From assembly GCA_030390025.1 (NCBI GenBank), contig CM059433.1, forward strand, positions 8,062,001 to 8,126,000: a stretch of 64,000 nt of DNA, given 5' to 3'. Below, piece by piece: positions 1-10,830 of this stretch. The position numbers and the translations under genes were made by a program. This DNA comes from Squalus acanthias (lineage: Eukaryota). The notes beneath the pieces were generated by a model, which searched no databases, was not told the DNA's origin, and saw only the letters and a program-made list of their open reading frames with translations. The stretch's first letter is position 1; the number at the start of each line of letters is the position of its first letter.

Positions 1-16
1 GATGCATTCTTTCTCA

Positions 17-30
17 GTTGCCACGGCAAC
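17..30. promoter_or_regulatory. RFX X-box-like palindrome GTTGCCACGGCAAC
   Basis: 14-bp near-perfect match to the RFX consensus GTTGCCATGGCAAC, in non-repeat sequence. Confidence 0.4.
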
Positions 31-431
31 AGCATGCGGCTCAGGGGATTTATCAGGATGTTCTTCTCCTCGGTCATTCACCTGATTATAGCACGGCTTC
101 AATATCTGCAGCGGAGACGTCCAGCTGGACCATGAGCGTCCAGCGATGACCAGGGATGACTAAAACAGGGTCTAGCTACAGAGCTTCTTTTAAAAGCATC
201 CACATAACTTGTCGACCTGGTTTGGGAGCTGTTTTCTGGTACAGACTCTCCACGGTGCAGCAATGGAGCTGTGGTTAGTAATGCAGTTCTGATAGCCTAA
301 AGAACGCCCGTAACTGGTACTTTGACATTGGATGAGACCAGTGTGAGTTTGATTCATGTTCTTCCAATCAGGTTTCTGTTCTGTCCCCACCAACTTGGAG
401 TTCAGGATGCAATGACTCAGGGGTACCATTA

Positions 432-851
432 GTTATAGAGTCATAACGGCACAGAAGGAGGCCATTCGGCCCATCGAGTCCGTGCCGGCTCTCTGTAGAG
501 CAATCCAGTCAGTCCCATTCCCCCGCTCTATCCCCGTAGCCCTGCAAGTTTATTTCCCTCAAGTGCCTATCCAGTCTCCCCTTGAAAACATTGAGTGTCT
601 CCGCTTCCACCGCTTCCGTCGGCAGCGAATTCCAGGTCCTCACCGCTCGCTGCGTAAAAAAGTTTTTCCTCACATCCCCCCTGTATCTCTTGCCCAAAAC
701 CTTAAATCTGTGTCCCTTAGTCCTTGTACCATCAACTAGTGGGAACAGCCTTTCCCCGTCTAGCCTATCCAAACCCGTCATAATCTTGTGCACCTCTATC
801 AAATCACCCCTCAACCTCCTTTGCTCTAATGAAAACAAATCCAGCTTCTCA
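432..851 (-). mobile_element. CR1 LINE 3' fragment
   Basis: ORF 509-895(-) contains LFSLEQRRLRGDLIE...FFTQRAVRTWNSLP (CR1 ORF2 C-terminus), followed by the 3'UTR GGCCGAATGGCC hairpin. Confidence 0.9.
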
Positions 852-890
852 AACTTTGGCTTCGGCCTGCCCGTCGCCAAGCCTCTGATC

Positions 891-1137
891 TTCACTCAGA
901 GGGTTGTGAATCTTTGGAATTCTCTGCCCCCGAGGGCTGTGGATGCTGAGTCTTTGAGTATATTCAAGGCTGAGGTAGATAGATTTTTGGACTCTCGGGG
1001 AATCAAGGGATATGGAGATCGGGCGGGCAAGTGGATTTGAGGTAGAAGATCAGCCATGATCTTATTAAATGGCGGAGCAGGCTCAAGGGGCCGAATGGCC
1101 TACCCCAGCTCTTAATTCTTATGTACTTATGTTCTTA
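891..1137 (+). mobile_element. CR1 LINE 3' fragment
   Basis: FTQRVVNLWNSLP...GYG peptide, CR1 3'UTR and (TTCTTATG)n tail; apparent TGATC duplication at the flanks. Confidence 0.85.
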
Positions 1138-1297
1138 TGATCAGAGAACGGCTGGGGCAGGCCCACTTCTGCTGGGCACCCCTCAAAATGGGTACCCTGC
1201 TTGTGATACTTGGAAATGAGATGGAGGGTTAGAACACCACACCTCATCTACGTGGTAATACTTTCCTTGTACCTAACAAATACACATAAATCCATAT

Positions 1298-1730
1298 ACA
1301 ACAACAACAACTTGTATTTATATAGCGCCTTTAACGTAGTAAAACGTCCCAAGGCGCTGCACAAGAGTATTTTAAGACAAAAAATTTGACACCAAGCCAC
1401 ATAAGGAGAAATTAGGGCAGGTGACCAAAAACTTGGTCAAAGAGGAAGATTTATAAGGAGCGTCTTAAAGGAAGAAAGAGAGGGAGCGAGGCGGAGAGGT
1501 TAAGACAGGGAATTCCAGAGCTTAGGGCCCAGGCAACAGAAGGCACGGCCACCAAAGGTTGAGCGATTATAATCAGGGATGCTCAAGAGGGCAGAATTAG
1601 AGGAGCGCAGATATTTTAGGGGGGTTGTGGGGCTGGAGGAGATTACAGAGATAGGGAGGGGCGAGGCCATGGAGGGATTTGAAAACAAGGATGAGAATTT
1701 TGAAATCGAGACACTGCTTAACCGGGAGCC
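1298..1730 (-). mobile_element. L2-clade LINE 3' fragment
   Basis: LRSSNSALLSIP...GGRAFCCLGPKLWNSL peptide and a GGCGCTATATAAATACAAG(TTG)n tail. Confidence 0.85.
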
Positions 1731-2329
1731 CATATATGAGAACTTCATCAAAATATTTCCGGTCTGCTTAAGAGTGGCATCGTTCTGTGTGCTCTGCCTA
1801 CACATATGGAGGGAATCTTCATATCTGAAGAGGCTTTATAGCCTATTTTTTTTTAAATTTCCAGTTTTACAGTATGATTTTAGTACTGGTTTTTGTTATT
1901 AATTTTTTCTGGCACTTTTATGATCTAAAAATTATATATTTTGCCACAACAATAGGGTAATGCTCACGCAGAACCTTAAGCAGCTGCACACCGCCCTTTT
2001 ATTTTCGAAAGTCGAATGTGATTGAAGCATTCACAAGACTTCAGCAGGACAGGAAGAGCTGAGGGACAGAGGGGACATGAGAAAAGGAGCCCTTACAGTA
2101 AAGACCGCTGTGGGAGCTCAATCAGTGACAAAGGAGCTCAGTGCAAGTCATAGAGTCCTGTAGTGGTTGGCAAGTCAATCTAAAACTAATGAAGTAGCGA
2201 TGGTTTTAAACACAGTATTTCATGGCTGAAATGCTACAGGATGAAAGAAGGCACGACAGGAAGATCCTACGAGCACTGGAATGCCCACCAGCCATATTTT
2301 TAGGTCCCGGCACATCTACCCGGCAATGA

Positions 2330-2490
2330 GTCTGGCCATTATCGCATTGCTGTTTGTGGGACCTTGCTGTGCGCGAATTGGCTACCGTGTTACAACAGTG
2401 ACTGCAGTCCAAAAATACTTAGTTGGCTATAAAGTGCTTTTGGACGTGTTGAGGTCGAAAAAGGCACCGTGTCAATAAGTCTTTCTTTCT
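2330..2490 (+). mobile_element. DeuSINE (SacSINE1-like) 3' fragment
   Basis: Matches the 3' half of the full copy at 33523-33982. Confidence 0.7.
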
Positions 2491-2689
2491 TATGAACGGA
2501 ATTGTGAAAACAATCAAGAAAAAAGAACAATGCCCGAGACAGCCTTGGCCAAATCATTAACAGCACCGTTTTTTCCCCCTTATTGATATGTTCTTCAATT
2601 ATTCTACTTTTGCGCCTGTGTGATATTCCACGCCCTTGTTTAGTTAGCCAAGCAGTAAGAGAATTGGGCCTCGCATTCTTTCAGAGAGC

Positions 2690-2850
2690 GAAAAGCATAG
2701 GCTCACCAGGGATGGGCAATTACAGATATGAGGAGCGATTTGAGATACTGGGCCTATTTTCACTGGAGCAGAGAAGATTAATAGGAAATTTAACAAAGGT
2801 TTTTAAAATTATGATGGCTTTTGACAGCTTCAGTAAGGAAAGACTCTAAG
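2690..2850 (+). mobile_element. Old CR1 fragment
   Basis: YEERFEILGLFSLEQRRLIGNLTKVFKIM peptide. Confidence 0.75.
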
Positions 2851-2861
2851 GTAAATTTTTA

Positions 2862-3690
2862 GTAAGATAGGATTATAAGATAGATCTTCAGTAAGGTAGG
2901 GTTATAAGATAGATCTTCAGTAAGGTAGGATTATAAGATAGATCTTCAGTAAGGTAGGGTTATAAGATAGATCTTCAGTAAGGTAGGGTTATAAGATAGA
3001 TTTTTAGTAAGATAGGATTATAAGATAGATCTTCAGTAAGGTAGGGTTATAAGATAGATCTTCAGTAAGGTAGGATTATAAGATAGATCTTCAGTAAGGT
3101 AGGATTATAAGATAGATCTTCAGTAAGGTAGGATTATAAAATAATCTTCAGTAAGGTAGGATTATAAAATAGATCTTCAGTAAGGTAGAATATAAGGTAG
3201 ATCTTCAGTAAGGTAGGATTATAAGATAGATCTTCAGTAAGGTAGGGTTATAAGATATATCTTCAGTAAGGTAGAATATAAGATAGATCTTTAGTAAGGT
3301 AGGATTATAAGATAGATCTTCAGTAAGGTAGAATATAAGATAGATCTTCAGTAAGGTAGGATTATAAGATAGATCTTCAGTAAGGTAGGATTATAAGATA
3401 GATCTTCAGTAAGGTAGAATATAAGATAGATCTTCAGTAAGGTAGGATTATAAGATAGATCTTCAGTAAGGTAGAATATAAGATAGATCTTCAGTAAGGT
3501 AGGATTATAAGATAGATCTTCAGTAAGGTAGGTTTATAAGATAGATCTTCAGTAAGGTAGAATATAAGATAGATCTTCAGTAAGGTAGGATTATAAGATA
3601 GATCTTCAGTAAGGTAGGATTATAAGATAGATCTTCAGTAAAATAGGATTATAAGATAGATCTTCAGTAAGGTAGGATTATAAGGTAGAT
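2862..3690. repeat. 29-bp minisatellite (GATCTTCAGTAAGGTAGGATTATAAGATA)n, about 28 units with 28-bp variants
   Basis: Direct period reading (unit starts at 2884, 2913, 2942...). Confidence 0.95.
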
Positions 3691-4072
3691 TTTCCCCTGT
3701 GGGTACCCGACAGACTTGGCCATGGGGCTAAAGATCAGGGAGGCCTGTGATTGGGCTCATGGGGCTCTCTGGCTGCTGACGGAGGGCCCTGAGTGCTTCA
3801 CATTGAGGGATGAGGGGGTTAAAGCAGAATTTTTACTTTGCTATAAACATCTTCAGCCTGTCCTTGCAGGGATCCTAAGGCAACCCCATGTTGGAACACT
3901 CGGTGGGGCTAATCTTTACTTTTGTCGATAGTGTAAAAAGGGAAACGTTGGATCAGCCGCCTGTTATCCATCTCTCCCGGTTTTCCTTTCCGTTGACTTC
4001 AAAGTGGTGTATGATGGGTGGCGGATCCACTATTGGCTGTTTTACACTATCGGCAAGAGTTAAAATGAGCCC
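3683..4072. mobile_element. Possible degenerate Harbinger-type MITE
   Basis: Ends AGGTAGATTTT...AAAATGAGCCC loosely resemble other Harbinger TIRs in the window; weak match. Confidence 0.3.
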
Positions 4073-4261
4073 TAGTGAGTGTACGGACAGGAACCTTATA
4101 TGGGAGGCCAGGAACTCCCCCCCCCCCACCCAACTATTTCAATCCGATTGCTGAGACTGAGCCTACCACAGGCCCAGAACCATTTGTGTCACTGGGGAAA
4201 GCATGGGGAAATCTTAGGGCAGTTGGTGGGAGGGCGGAGACCAGATTTAACAGGCTTCGGT

Positions 4262-4545
4262 CTAGGATTGCCAACCCTCCCAGATTACCTTGGCATCTCC
4301 AGGAAATAAAGATTAATCTCCTGGACCCCACTGCGGAGCAACCCAGGAGAAAAAACAGAGGGGCACTGTGTTTATTTTCATTATTTTGATCTCTCTCATT
4401 TATTATTTATAAAATATTGGAGATGGGGTAGAAAGGCTGTTTGACTGGCAGTCAACAATCGTCCAATGGGCACTGAAGAGTTTGTTTGCTTTCCAATGGG
4501 TGTGGGAAGGGGCTGCGATGTGAGGATGGACCTGTTGGGCGGCTC
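4262..4545 (+). mobile_element. hAT-like MITE left part (TAGGATTGCCAACCCTCC terminus)
   Basis: Terminus resembles the TAGGGTTGCCAAC hAT-type TIR; no right TIR found. Confidence 0.45.
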
Positions 4546-4799
4546 TAGGACCGACTTGCACCAACGACCTGCTGCATAAGAGTCAAAGGCTCAACAGTGA
4601 AAGCTATCAAAAAAAGAAGAAAAAGGAAGGCTTGCCTTTATATAGCTCCTTTCATAATCTCGGGACATCCCAAAGTGCTTTGCAGTCAATGAAATACTAT
4701 CGGGATGGTATCCGGCTCTAACAGTATCCTCAGCAGCCAGTGAACTTGTTCAATATTTTCTCTGAATTAATCAAGAATGGAATATTGTGTATTAACAAT

Positions 4800-5085
4800 T
4801 AAAGAAAAGAAAGAAATACTTGCATTTATATAGCGCCTTTCACGACCACCGGACGTCTCAAAGCGCTTTACAGCCAATGAAGTACATAAGAACATAAGAA
4901 CATAAGAAATAGGAGCAGGAGTCGGCCATTCGGCCCTTCGAGCCTGCTCCGCCATTCAATGAGATCATGGCTGATCTTCTGCCTCAACTCCATTCACCGG
5001 CCCTATCGCCATATCCCCTGATGCCCTTACTAGTCAGAAATCTATCAACTTCTGTTTTTTGAAGTGTAGTCACTGTTGTAATTTG
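4800..5085 (-). mobile_element. DeuSINE 3' end interrupted by a CR1 3' end (about 4884-5055)
   Basis: SINE sequence GAAGTAC...TTTTGAAGTGTAGTCACTG is split by an (AACATAAG)n CR1 tail. Confidence 0.8.
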
Positions 5086-6544
5086 ACGTGCATATCGTTT
5101 TTAAAAGGTTGCGAATAGGACCATGTAGGTTTGTTATTACATGAACTGATTGACTACAAGTATGAAGTCATTTTGGCTTTGGATGGATGCTTGTTGTATA
5201 AGGTGCAGCTTATAGATGTGACATTAGGGTAGTTTCTCGGCCTTTCAATCTATTAGTGTGATACCCCTTTGCTATAAACCGAAATTTCCATCTTAATGAA
5301 AGACGGCATTCCCTTTTAACTCTGTGTATTTACCAGCTCCAGTGTCTCTTGCTGCTGCCCAGGATGCCCAGTGACTACCCAGTGACCCTTGCACTGACCT
5401 TGAAAGAAAGTGCCCTGAGCAACATCTGGTGCTGCAGCTGGGTCTTCTGCATGAAAGGGCGTGCTAAAGCAGGCGGAGAAATGACCTTTGACAATAGCTG
5501 GTGTGACTGTACCTTCTCCATAGAGCATGAATAGAAAGGACAGAGCTCACTCTATTGTAAGCATGTGTTTCTCCCCCCCCCCCCACACACACACACACAC
5601 AACCTCCATCCCTGCAAATAGAAAGCTGCATGACAGCTGCAATCACAATACTTATTCCAGCAGCGCCTAAAACTAATGGATACAATTTACATATGGTTCA
5701 GCAATTGTACTGGCGGTGGGCTGCTTTCCAAAGGTAGAGCTGGGAGAATGTCTGCTGTCACATCATGAGGAGAGATGTGTTGCAGTAGGTATTGCAAAGA
5801 ATTGGATTGCAATTAGTATATGTTGACAGCATGAAAACAGTAGGATTTATCCGCGCTTCTAATAAGGAAGGCTCTTGGTATCATGTATCGCCAGATGCAG
5901 ATCGTACACAATGGTCACCGATAAACCTTTGTTGCAGGGAGCTGGGTTGTGACAGCAAATTCTTTATATTCTTTCTTACAAATTAACCACAGCCAAAACA
6001 ACGGTAATATTTTCAGACCTGATTTTGACAGAGCAACCTTGCTATGTTCTCACTAACACACAAAACTCATTCATTTGATATATTTCTCGTAAGGCCGGTG
6101 GAGTTAAGTATTTTACTTTATATGCTGTTATTTCTCCCCCCCCCCGCCGCCATCACCACCTCCTCCCAGCCCCTTTCCAGTCCCACTCCTGCTTCCTATC
6201 ATCCTGGTTCTTCTTCTACCTGACAGGGCAAAACGTTTGGGCCATAAAGGACACCACAATCACCATCAATGTAACTCCTCCATCAGCTAAAGGAGAACGC
6301 TGAGCCCGATCCACTCCTCACGAGCCAAGCCCAGGATCTGCTGGTCTATGTGCTTCAGTAACACACCAGGTAATGCCCTTACCCACTAAACCATCAGAAT
6401 TACATAGAATTTTACAGCACAGAAACAGGCCATTCGGCCCAACAGGTCTATGCCGGTGTTGATGCTCCACACAAGCCAGCTCCCACCTTACTTCATCTCG
6501 CCCTGTCAACACCTCCTTCTGTCCCTTTCTCCCTCATGTACCTA

Positions 6545-7497
6545 CAGGAAACTCTCGTTTAAACGGCACCTAAATATCCGGAAATCTCTATTAACCGGCA
6601 AAATTCAGGAGTAGGTTCAGGTAAGTTTTACTGTATATTAGTGGCCGTGTAACCGGGGTTCCTGCACCTGTGGCCGTGTAACCGGGGTTCCTGCACCTGT
6701 GGCCGTGTAACCGGGGTTCCTGCACAAGTGGCCGTGTAACCGGGGTTCCTGCACCTGTGGCCGTGTAACCGGGACTCCTGGACCTGTGGCCGTGTAACCG
6801 GGACTCCTGGACCTGTGGTCGTGTAACAGGGACTCCTGGATCTGTGGCCGTGTAACCGGGACTCCTGGACCTGTGGCCGTGTAACAGGGACTCCTGGATC
6901 TGTGGCCGTGTAACCGGGACTCCTGGACCTGTGGCCGTGTAACCGGGACTCCTGGACCTGTGGCCGTGTAACAGGGACTCCTGGATCTGTGGCCGTGTAA
7001 CCGGGACTCCTGGACCTGTGGTCGTGTAACCGGGGTTCCTGCACAAGTGGCCGTGTAAACGGGGTTCCTGGATCTGTGGCCGTGTAACCGGGACTCCTGC
7101 ACAAGTGGCCGTGTAACCGGGGTTCCTGCACCTGTGGCCGTGTAACCGGGACTCCTGCACAAGTGGCCGTGTAACAGGGACTCCTGGATCTGTGGCCGTG
7201 CAACCGGGGTTCCTGCACCTGTGGCCGTGTAACCGGGGCTCCTGGATCTGTGGCCGTGTAACCGGGCCTCCTGCACAAGTGGCCGTGTAACAGGGACTCC
7301 TGGATCTTTGGCCGTGTAACAGGGACTCCTGGATCTTTGGCCGTGTAACAGGGACTCCTGTACAAGTGGCCGTATAACCGGTGTGCTGTGTAACGGGGCT
7401 CTCGTACCTTGGTAGGTATACCTCTCCGTTATCCGGAATTTTTAATCAACCGGCACCATCCCGGTCCCGTAGGTGCCGGACACCAAAGAGTTTCCTG
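6545..7497. mobile_element. pogo/Tigger-like (Tc1/mariner superfamily) MITE
   Basis: TIRs CAGGAAACTCT / AGAGTTTCCTG with a TA TSD on both sides (6543-44, 7498-99); subterminal TATCCGG/AACCGG motifs. Confidence 0.8.
6641..7380. repeat. 29-bp minisatellite (GTGGCCGTGTAACCGGGRYTCCTGSACCT)n, about 25 units
   Basis: Direct period reading (6641, 6670, 6699...). Confidence 0.95.
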
Positions 7498-7579
7498 TAT
7501 ATAGATTCCCTTTAAATGCATCTATGCTATTCACCTCAACCCTCTGAGTAAAGAAGAGCTAGCAAGATTCAATTCTACT

Positions 7580-7670
7580 TAAAGGTTGCACATGAAACAT
7601 GAACTTGTCTTTCCCTTTCAGACGCTGAGCAGCCTGCTGTGCGTTCCAACAATTTCTATTTTTAATCTCA
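7580..7670 (+). mobile_element. Degenerate Penelope-type pseudo-LTR fragment
   Basis: Similar to 44120-44205 (TGAAACATGAACT...CAGACGCTG...CCTGCTG). Confidence 0.5.
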
Positions 7671-7879
7671 CCGTGCGACGAGCAGGATGGCAACTAGTTA
7701 AATTCACCCAGCATTGATTGACAAGGCTGAACCTTAGTTGAGGAGTGGATTAAAATGCAAAACCCCCTGGCGAGGACCGGAGACCCAAGCACTTTTTGCT
7801 GATGGCAAATATTTTTTCAGATCTCCCAGCTCCTGACCACATAAATACTCCTCTCTGCCCGTAGTTCCAAAGCTTCAGT

Positions 7880-8718
7880 TGAAAGAAAGAAAGACTTGCA
7901 TTTATATAGCGCCTTTCACAACCTCAGGACGCTCCAAAGCGCTTTCCAGCCAATGAAGTACTTTTGAAGTGCAGTCACTGTTGGAATGTGGGAAACATGG
8001 CAGCCAGTTTGAGCACAGCAAGCTCCCACAAACAGCACTGTGACTATGAACGGTAGCATGGTGGTTATGTTACTGGACTAATAATCCAGGAAGCCTGGAT
8101 TAATAATCTGCGAGACATGAGTTCAAATCCCACCGTGGCAAGTGTGGAATTAAATTCAGTTAATTAAAAATCAAAAATCTGGAAAAGTATCAGTAATGAT
8201 GACCATGAAACTACTGGATTGTTGTAATAAACCCATCTGGTTCACCAATGTCCTTTAGGGAAGGAAATCTGCCGTCCTTACCCGGTCTGGCCTATATGTG
8301 GCTCCAGACCCACAGCAAAATGTGGTTGACTCTTAACTGCCCTGCTGAAATGGTGGCTCACCACCACCTTCTCAAGGGCAATTAGGGATGGGCAATAAAT
8401 GCTGGCCTTGCCAGCGACGCCCCACATCCCATGAACGAATAAAAAAAAATGACCAGATAATCTGTTTATTTAGTGATGTTGGTTGAGGGATAAATATTGG
8501 CCAGGACACCGGGGAGAACTTTCCTGCTCTTCTTCTTCGAATAGTGTCATGGGATCTTTTACATCCACCTGAGAGGGCAGTTTAACCTTTCAATTGAAAG
8601 ACGGCACCTCCAACAGTGCAGCACTCCCACAGCACTGTACTGGAGTGTCAGCCTAGATTTTGTGCTGGAGTGGGACTTGAACCCACTTGAGTGCTACTGT
8701 GGAACCACAGCTGACACC
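7880..8718 (-). mobile_element. DeuSINE (SacSINE1-like) hosting a nested SINE
   Basis: Deu-domain sequence matching the other copies; interrupted at about 8051-8449. Confidence 0.85.
8051..8449 (+). mobile_element. tRNA-derived SINE whose 3' tail is shared with the Zenon-like LINE
   Basis: A/B-box-like head (GGTGGTTATGTTACTGGACT...GAGTTCAAATCCC); the 3' ~90 nt match the LINE tails at 19755-19853 and 32495-32590; ends in poly(A). Confidence 0.8.
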
Positions 8719-8739
8719 TACAGTTGTAAATGATCATTT

Positions 8740-9215
8740 GAAGAAGAAGAAGAAGAAGAAGATTTGCATTTCTATAGCGCCTTTCACGACCACCGGACAT
8801 CTCAAAGCGCTTTACAGTCAATGAAGTACTTTTGAAGTATAGTCACTGTTATAATGTAAGAAACGCGGCAGCCAATTTGCGCACAGCAAGCTCCCACAAA
8901 CAGCAATGTGATAATGACCAGATAATCTGTTTTTGTTATGTTGGTTAAGGGATAAATATTGGCCAGGGCACCGGGGATAACTCCCCTGCTCTTCTTCGAA
9001 ATAGCGCCATGGGGATCTTTTACATCCACCTGAGAGAGCAGGCGGGGCCTCGGTTTAACGTCTCAGCTGAAAGACGGCACCTCTGACAGTGCAGCACCTC
9101 CTCAGCACTGCACTGGGAGAGTGTCAGCCTAGCTTTATGTGCTCAAGTCCCTGGAGTGGGGACTGTGAACCCACAACCTTCTGACTCAGAGGCGAGTGTG
9201 CCATGAATGGTCACT
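8740..9215 (-). mobile_element. DeuSINE (SacSINE1-like), near full length
   Basis: tRNA-like head, Deu domain, L2-like tail with (GAA)n. Confidence 0.85.
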
Positions 9216-9729
9216 GAAACCTTGTCAGAGGACAATTGCTTCAAAACATAAATTAAATTGTCAATTGCACTCAGCGTACCCTTAATGTCATCCAAGGTAC
9301 AGCTGGCATTTGCAGCACATGTTTTCCCACAGCCAGAAATTGTGTGAAATAAAGGCAGAATTCTGGCAGAGGAGCTGGAAAGCGGGGCTGGGTGGCAGAT
9401 CCAGCAGGTTTCTGCCTCGTTCACAAGGACGAGGGGAATTCCGATGCAGTGGGGATGACTTTTTTCTTTCGCCCGCCCGCTTACATCCCAGCAGCAGTTT
9501 GGGGGTCATGAACGGGCGTATTCCCAACCTACCCCGGCAAGTCCACCAGATACACCCCCAATATGGCCCAGTGCTTTCTGCATCTGCTGAGACCAGGCAT
9601 AGGCGCTCTTGGGGATGCAAGTGGGCCCCAAGAGTGGGCACTCAAAGAGAAAGCAAACACAGAGGTTCAAATTGGGGCCTTTCGGTATTGTATTATCTTA
9701 AAATATGTCTACACTGTCTGTATGCTGTA

Positions 9730-10332
9730 TCCGATCTTCGGGTAAGCGTTCTCCAAGGCGGCCTTCGAGACACACGACAACGCAAAATCATCGAGCAGAA
9801 ACTGATAGCCAAGTTCCGCACCCATGAGGACGGCCTCAACCGGGATCTTGGGTTCATGTCACGCTACATGTAACCCCACCTGATGTAGAGTCATCCAGAC
9901 TCGAGTCGTCGTTGGCTTGTTCTCGCTACACAGATGCGGCCGGACCTGCTGTGATTTCCAGCAAAAAAAGTAAAAGTTTAAAGTTTTTTGTTTTCCATAC
10001 AGACCCCAGCATCTGCCACATTTGACCCCTTGTGACCCCACCTCATTGTCTTTGTTGTATTTTGCTATCGTCTTTGATGTAATGTCTTCCTGACTGACCT
10101 GGTTGGACACCATCCACACCTTTGATTGCCGTGATTGTCTCTCTGCCGAGGTGTGATAAAGGGCAGTTAGAAAGATTAACTGTAATCGTCTGGCAGTGTT
10201 CTCTGACTATATATGCTGTGCCTATATGTATTTCTTCACTTCACCTGACGAAGGAGCAGCGCTCCGAAAGCTTGTGATTTCAAATAAAGCTGTTGGACTA
10301 TAACCTGGTGTTGTGCGACTTCTCACTTTTGT
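9730..10332 (+). mobile_element. Penelope-like element 3' part (GIY-YIG endonuclease C-terminus plus pseudo-LTR)
   Basis: SDLRVSVLQGGLRDTRQRKIIEQKLIAKFRTHEDGLNRDLGFMSRYM* (E...I...GLN motif), then a pseudo-LTR with a hammerhead and AATAAA. Confidence 0.85.
10241..10277 (+). ncRNA. Minimal type I hammerhead ribozyme (Penelope family A)
   Basis: UCAC-CUGACGA-A-GGAGC/GCUCC stem II-GAAA-GC-UU-GUGA; stem I UCAC/GUGA; palindromic stem III AAGCUU. Confidence 0.85.
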
Positions 10333-10669
10333 ACACTGTCTGTAGACTTCAGCCCAACAGGCCTTTGTGCGCACCTTGGGAGGCAGCAGGACACCACTCC
10401 GATATGCTGATGGGCCAGCGGGATGGGCACTCCTGTTGTGCCACTACAGAAGCAGGCACGTGGCCCTATTATTTAATTGTCCCCGTGTCCAGAATTTAGG
10501 ATGGGGTCATGGCCAAGTCAGAGTTGTGGACGGAAGCTCTGTAATGGTGCCATGAGATTTTTACGCTGGAATGTGTTTCTTTCGTGTGCGCAAGGGCACC
10601 AGCGTCTGCATGTACATTTATAACCTGCATTTCTGTCATGCTCCTCACGTGAGGGAAGGTGCATTTAAG

Positions 10670-10830
10670 GGAAGTTAGATAAGCGCATGAGGGAGAAAGG
10701 AACAGAAGGATATATCGATAGGGTGAGATGAAGTAAATAGAGTGGGAGGAGGCTCGTGTGGAGCATAAACACTGGCGTAGACGGGTTGGGCCAGATGGCC
10801 TGTTTCCTTGCTGTAAATTCTATGTAAGCC
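10670..10830 (+). mobile_element. CR1 3' end
   Basis: GCATTTAAGGGGAAG...GAGGCTCGTGTGGAGCATAAACAC 3'UTR. Confidence 0.8.

Larger units (their letters stand above)
6390..7550 (-). mobile_element. CR1 3' end split by the MITE at 6545-7497
   Basis: CR1 3'UTR at 6390-6544 resumes at 7498 (TATAGATTCCCTTTAAATGCATCTATGC). Confidence 0.75.

Noticed and set aside
190..429. 79-aa minus-strand ORF in unique DNA
   Set aside because: No recognisable domain or splice context; the length is compatible with chance.
432..1137. Head-to-head CR1 pieces as a twin-priming inversion
   Set aside because: The two pieces overlap in CR1 coordinates, have different tails (different subfamilies), and the + copy has its own apparent TSD: independent insertions.
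2190..2332. HIFRSRHIYPAMS, a possible Harbinger transposase N-terminal remnant
   Set aside because: Too short and degenerate to support, with no TIRs identified.
2862..3690. CRISPR-like regular array (also 6641-7380 and 12327-12590)
   Set aside because: Units are head-to-tail with no unique spacers, there are no cas genes, and the context is eukaryotic: these are minisatellites.
6591..7365. Three long overlapping ORFs (189-245 aa) on the minus strand
   Set aside because: Artefact of a stop-free 29-bp tandem repeat inside a MITE.
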